DNA of 64,000 nucleotides from an uncultured Erysipelotrichaceae bacterium (GTDB lineage Bacteria; Bacillota_I; Bacilli_A; RF39; UBA660): NCBI GenBank assembly GCA_902801525.1, contig CADCIN010000001.1, positions 34,583 to 98,582 of the forward strand, read 5' to 3'. Shown piece by piece: positions 61,280 to 64,000 of this stretch (position 1 is its first letter; each line of letters starts with the position of its first letter). The notes under the pieces were generated by a model. It saw only the letters and a program-made list of their open reading frames with translations, ran no database searches and was not told where the DNA came from. The position numbers and the translations under genes were made by a program.

Positions 61280-62017
61280 TTAATTGTGCCTTTTTTTATT
61301 AATTTTTAATTTTTTATTTACCTTAAGCAATCTTCTAACTTTTTTTAATGAATAATTATACATAATTATTACAAAAGCTTGGAATATTACTAAAAATAAT
61401 GCGTTGTTAGTAAGTAGACAATAATCATATATACCATGTATTAAGATAGGATAAATGATACTAAGCAAAACATATTTTAACATATTTTTTTTATCATTTA
61501 ATAGTGAGTGTAATTTTGATATACCTAAGTAATACCCCATAAATATTCCAGTACAAGCATGACATGGAACTGCTAAAATACCTCTATATAATCCCGTTAT
61601 TATTCCTGTATTAAATACATAAAATAAATTTTCTATATATGCGAATCCTAATGCTACAAATGCGGAATATACTACCATATCATAAAGTTCATCAAAATAT
61701 TTATTGTTATAAGAAATAAAGTATGTCATTATCCATTTTGATAATTCTTCTATAAGTGCTGTTCCAACAAATACGGAAAATATCAATTCTATGTTATTTA
61801 AATATGAAGTTTCTGTTGATAATATAGGAAACAAGTTACCAAGTTTTGTAATAGTTAAAGATGATAAGATACAAGCTAAAATTCCGCTTCCAAATAAAAG
61901 AATCAATAATTTTTTTGGTTCTTTTTCTTTATCTAAAAAATAAATAATCGATGTCATTATTATTATTGGAATTGTTGCTATTAAAAATAATGCTAAATAT
62001 TTTATATAAATCACCAT
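61280..62017 (-). CDS. prsW: PrsW-family intramembrane metalloprotease
   Basis: EExxK (ALIEELSKW), FxxxH-type motifs (GFAYIENLFY, HACTGIFMGYY, IHGIYDY), 7-8 TM helices. Confidence 0.7.
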   Translation of the reverse strand: MVIYIKYLALFLIATIPIIIMTSIIYFLDKEKEPKKLLILLFGSGILACILSSLTITKLGNLFPILSTETSYLNNIELIFSVFVGTALIEELSKWIMTYFISYNNKYFDELYDMVVYSAFVALGFAYIENLFYVFNTGIITGLYRGILAVPCHACTGIFMGYYLGISKLHSLLNDKKNMLKYVLLSIIYPILIHGIYDYCLLTNNALFLVIFQAFVIIMYNYSLKKVRRLLKVNKKLKINKKRHN

Positions 62018-62036
62018 ATCACCCTATTTTGTACTA

Positions 62037-62576
62037 TTATCTATTTATTCTATCTAAGATATAATCATATTTTGATAAATCAAAAGTTTTTCTACAATAA
62101 TGACACTGTCCATCACTATTTATATCTAAAGAATTTCCACAATATGGACATTTCATTACATTATTTGCTTTAACTGCTGATTTTAATTTTTTAAAACTTA
62201 GTATATAATTTTTTTCTATTCTATTATTATTATCTCCTGATACTAATTCATTATTATCTAGAGAAATAATATAATCTAAATATTTAACAGTCGATGATGT
62301 TTCTATATAGTAATACTCATTGTCTTCAGTTATTTTATTTATCTTTGTATTACTTACATTTAATTCATCATACATATGACATTCATTTTTATCTTTATAA
62401 TTTTTAATTTCTAAATTTACTTTATCCACAACTTCTGGGGACAAAAAATGTTTAACTGAATTTAGATTATCTAACATTATAGATGATAATGTTTTTATTA
62501 AAACAATATTCACTTTTGAAATAAATTCACTTTCATTAAAACTTGTATCTTTTCTTATTAATTCATCTATTGTCAT
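62037..62576 (-). CDS. hypothetical protein with a C-terminal zinc ribbon (CPYCG...CHYC)
   Basis: ORF plus a CxxC...CxxC cluster. Confidence 0.4.
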   Translation of the reverse strand: MTIDELIRKDTSFNESEFISKVNIVLIKTLSSIMLDNLNSVKHFLSPEVVDKVNLEIKNYKDKNECHMYDELNVSNTKINKITEDNEYYYIETSSTVKYLDYIISLDNNELVSGDNNNRIEKNYILSFKKLKSAVKANNVMKCPYCGNSLDINSDGQCHYCRKTFDLSKYDYILDRINR

Positions 62577-62599
62577 ATTTTCACCCGATTTAATTATAT

Positions 62600-62896
62600 C
62601 ATACTTTTGTTATTATTTATATTTCTTATATTTTTTTATTAATCCTTTAGCTTTTTCTCTATATTACCATATACTTTATCTGATGTCATACTATAATTGT
62701 CATAAGTAAAGCCATAATATCCAATTAATCCATCTTCTCAAATTAAAAGATTTTTAAAATTTAAATGTTCAAAGAAATTTATTTTTTCAAGATATATCTT
62801 TTCAAATTTTTCTCTATCTTTTAGATTACTTGACCTTACTCTTTTCACATTTTCTCTTATTATATTTTTATCAATAAAAAAAAGACTTATGTCTTT
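62600..62896 (-). other. unexpectedly open reading frame (about 90 codons, broken by one TGA) continuing in-frame from the lipoprotein stop; possible decayed 3' gene portion
   Basis: Hand translation: ...TSSE*KDISLFFIDKNIIRENVKRVRSSNLKDREKFEKIYLEKINFFEHLNFKNLLI*EDGLIGYYGFTYDNYSMTSDKVYGNIEKKLKD*. Confidence 0.25.
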
Positions 62897-63724
62897 TTAT
62901 TCCGATGAAGTAAATTTTTTCTTATAACTTGTTATTAAATTATCTCCATTATATGCAAATATTTTATCATAATTTTCTGTTAATGATTTATCTTTTTTAA
63001 TCTTATATTTGCACTCAACATCATCATATTTTTCACATTTTTTCTTGTTTACTTTATATAATTTGTAATATTTATCTTTTGTTTTTACAAATGTTTTTGA
63101 TGAATTTTCTACATAATTAAAATTTAATATTTCTCCTCCGTAATTATTTTTATCAAGAAATAGTTCTATACTTAAAATAACTTCTGGAGTATTTTCTGCT
63201 GTTTTCCCAATTACATATTTATATACATTTCCATCACTCTTAAGTACATAATATATTCCATCTTTTCCACTAATCACCTTTATGATATCTTCTGGAGATA
63301 GTAATAGACTATATGTGGTATATTTATCATCATTAGGTAAAATTTCTGTGTATGAAGGAGAATTATTTAATGCTTTTAAATAATATAACTTATTATCTGT
63401 ACCTTTTGCAATATTTCCATCTAATATACTTTTTACTAAAAAATTTGTATTTATTTTTTTACAATTAGAATCATCAGAATATAATTTTGAAAGTGTTATT
63501 TCATATACACTTCCTTCGTTATCAATAATATTATTATCGGCAAGAAATTTTATTTTCTTATATGAATCATCGTTTTTGTCTTTTGGATAAAAATCCTGAC
63601 AGATAAAATCTCCATTATATGTAAATCCATCATGTCGTATTTCTCTTGTAATATCACCATTACATGCTGTGCAAGTTACTATTAAACAAATTATAATTAA
63701 ATTTTTTATTTTATTCTTTTTCAT
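62897..63724 (-). CDS. lipoprotein (signal peptide with lipobox LIVTCTAC), function unknown
   Basis: MKKNKIKNLIIICLIVTC TAC...; a terminator-like hairpin AAAGAC-ATAA-GTCTTT lies just past the stop. Confidence 0.7.
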   Translation of the reverse strand: MKKNKIKNLIIICLIVTCTACNGDITREIRHDGFTYNGDFICQDFYPKDKNDDSYKKIKFLADNNIIDNEGSVYEITLSKLYSDDSNCKKINTNFLVKSILDGNIAKGTDNKLYYLKALNNSPSYTEILPNDDKYTTYSLLLSPEDIIKVISGKDGIYYVLKSDGNVYKYVIGKTAENTPEVILSIELFLDKNNYGGEILNFNYVENSSKTFVKTKDKYYKLYKVNKKKCEKYDDVECKYKIKKDKSLTENYDKIFAYNGDNLITSYKKKFTSSE

Positions 63725-63797
63725 ATCCTACCTACCTTATTTTTATTATATCATATTTTTTTCTATAAAAAAAACTTTAAATATATTATTTAAAGTT

Positions 63798-64000
63798 TTA
63801 TTTAATCATTTTATCGATTTCTTTTATTCTTTGCACTGATGCTACTGGTATACTCTTAGTCAAATTATAATTTAGATTTTCTAAAGTTTTATCAGTATCT
63901 ATTATTTTTTGCCTAATATCATCAATTTCTTTTAAATATGTTTCTAGCTTACTACGTAGTGATCTTAAATAATTTGCGTGTTCATAATCTGTTGGTACTG
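63798..64000 (-). CDS. 3' end of a CDS entering from beyond the window (coiled-coil C-terminus ...KEIDDIRQKIIDTDKTLENL...IKEIDKMIK*)
   Basis: Open frame from the window edge to a TAA at 63798-63800. Confidence 0.4.
   Translation of the reverse strand, partial: VPTDYEHANYLRSLRSKLETYLKEIDDIRQKIIDTDKTLENLNYNLTKSIPVASVQRIKEIDKMIK

Noticed and set aside
1-64000. Alternative genetic code (TGA = Trp) and CRISPR arrays
   Set aside because: All conserved genes translate full-length with TGA as stop (many ribosomal proteins end on TAA/TGA appropriately). No array of regularly spaced direct repeats is present.

Overview
This is a roughly 25% GC Bacillota (Firmicutes) chromosomal segment read with the standard genetic code. 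The provided ORF track appears to accept TTG/GTG starts (shown as M), so several starts were re-assigned to the nearest ATG that follows a GGAGG-like Shine-Dalgarno. No CRISPR array, rRNA or tRNA gene was recognised.

Bases 1 to about 12,100 form an accessory block:
- a MobV/Pre plasmid relaxase with small companion ORFs
- an Abi2/AbiD-type HEPN abortive-infection gene translationally overlapped with a membrane HtrA-type serine protease
- a divergently transcribed, signal-peptide-less SpoIID/LytB-like protein
- a possible zinc phospholipase-C-like protein, with no visible signal peptide
- a stripped-down type VIIb-like secretion module: an FHA-containing FtsK/SpoIIIE ATPase EssC/YukB, the ubiquitin-like EsaB/YukD, and two 68-aa helical proteins, one carrying a C-terminal YxxxD motif. 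EssA, EssB, EsaA and a canonical WXG100 protein are all missing.

From about 12.1 kb onward the window is conserved core genome, almost entirely on the minus strand:
- a ZIP metal transporter
- rpsI-rplM-truA, then a short EcfT-like gene, ecfA2 and a degenerate ecfA1
- an SDR, followed by the alpha operon (rplQ-rpoA-rpsK-rpsM-rpmJ-infA)
- adk, secY, and the complete spc and S10 ribosomal operons (no L30; S14 type Z), with a promoter and a GC-rich structured leader upstream of the S10 operon
- an XRE regulator and a DUF4143 AAA ATPase, then spo0A
- a gap-pgk-...-tpi glycolytic operon interrupted by a three-gene module (hypothetical, UPF0104 flippase-like, GT4 glycolipid synthase)
- a uridine-kinase-family protein, clpP, whiA-yvcK, lgt, a yvlD-like gene
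- uvrA, a radical-SAM/SPASM gene broken by an in-frame TAA, uvrB
- a sirtuin, an SDR, sortase B, an FtsEX-coupled M23 hydrolase
- two YitT paralogues, prfB (its programmed +1 frameshift site was located), a PrsW protease and a lipoprotein.

A palindrome built from DnaA-box-like 9-mers (ATATCCACA ... TGTGGATAT) recurs at several gene ends and once inside a CDS.
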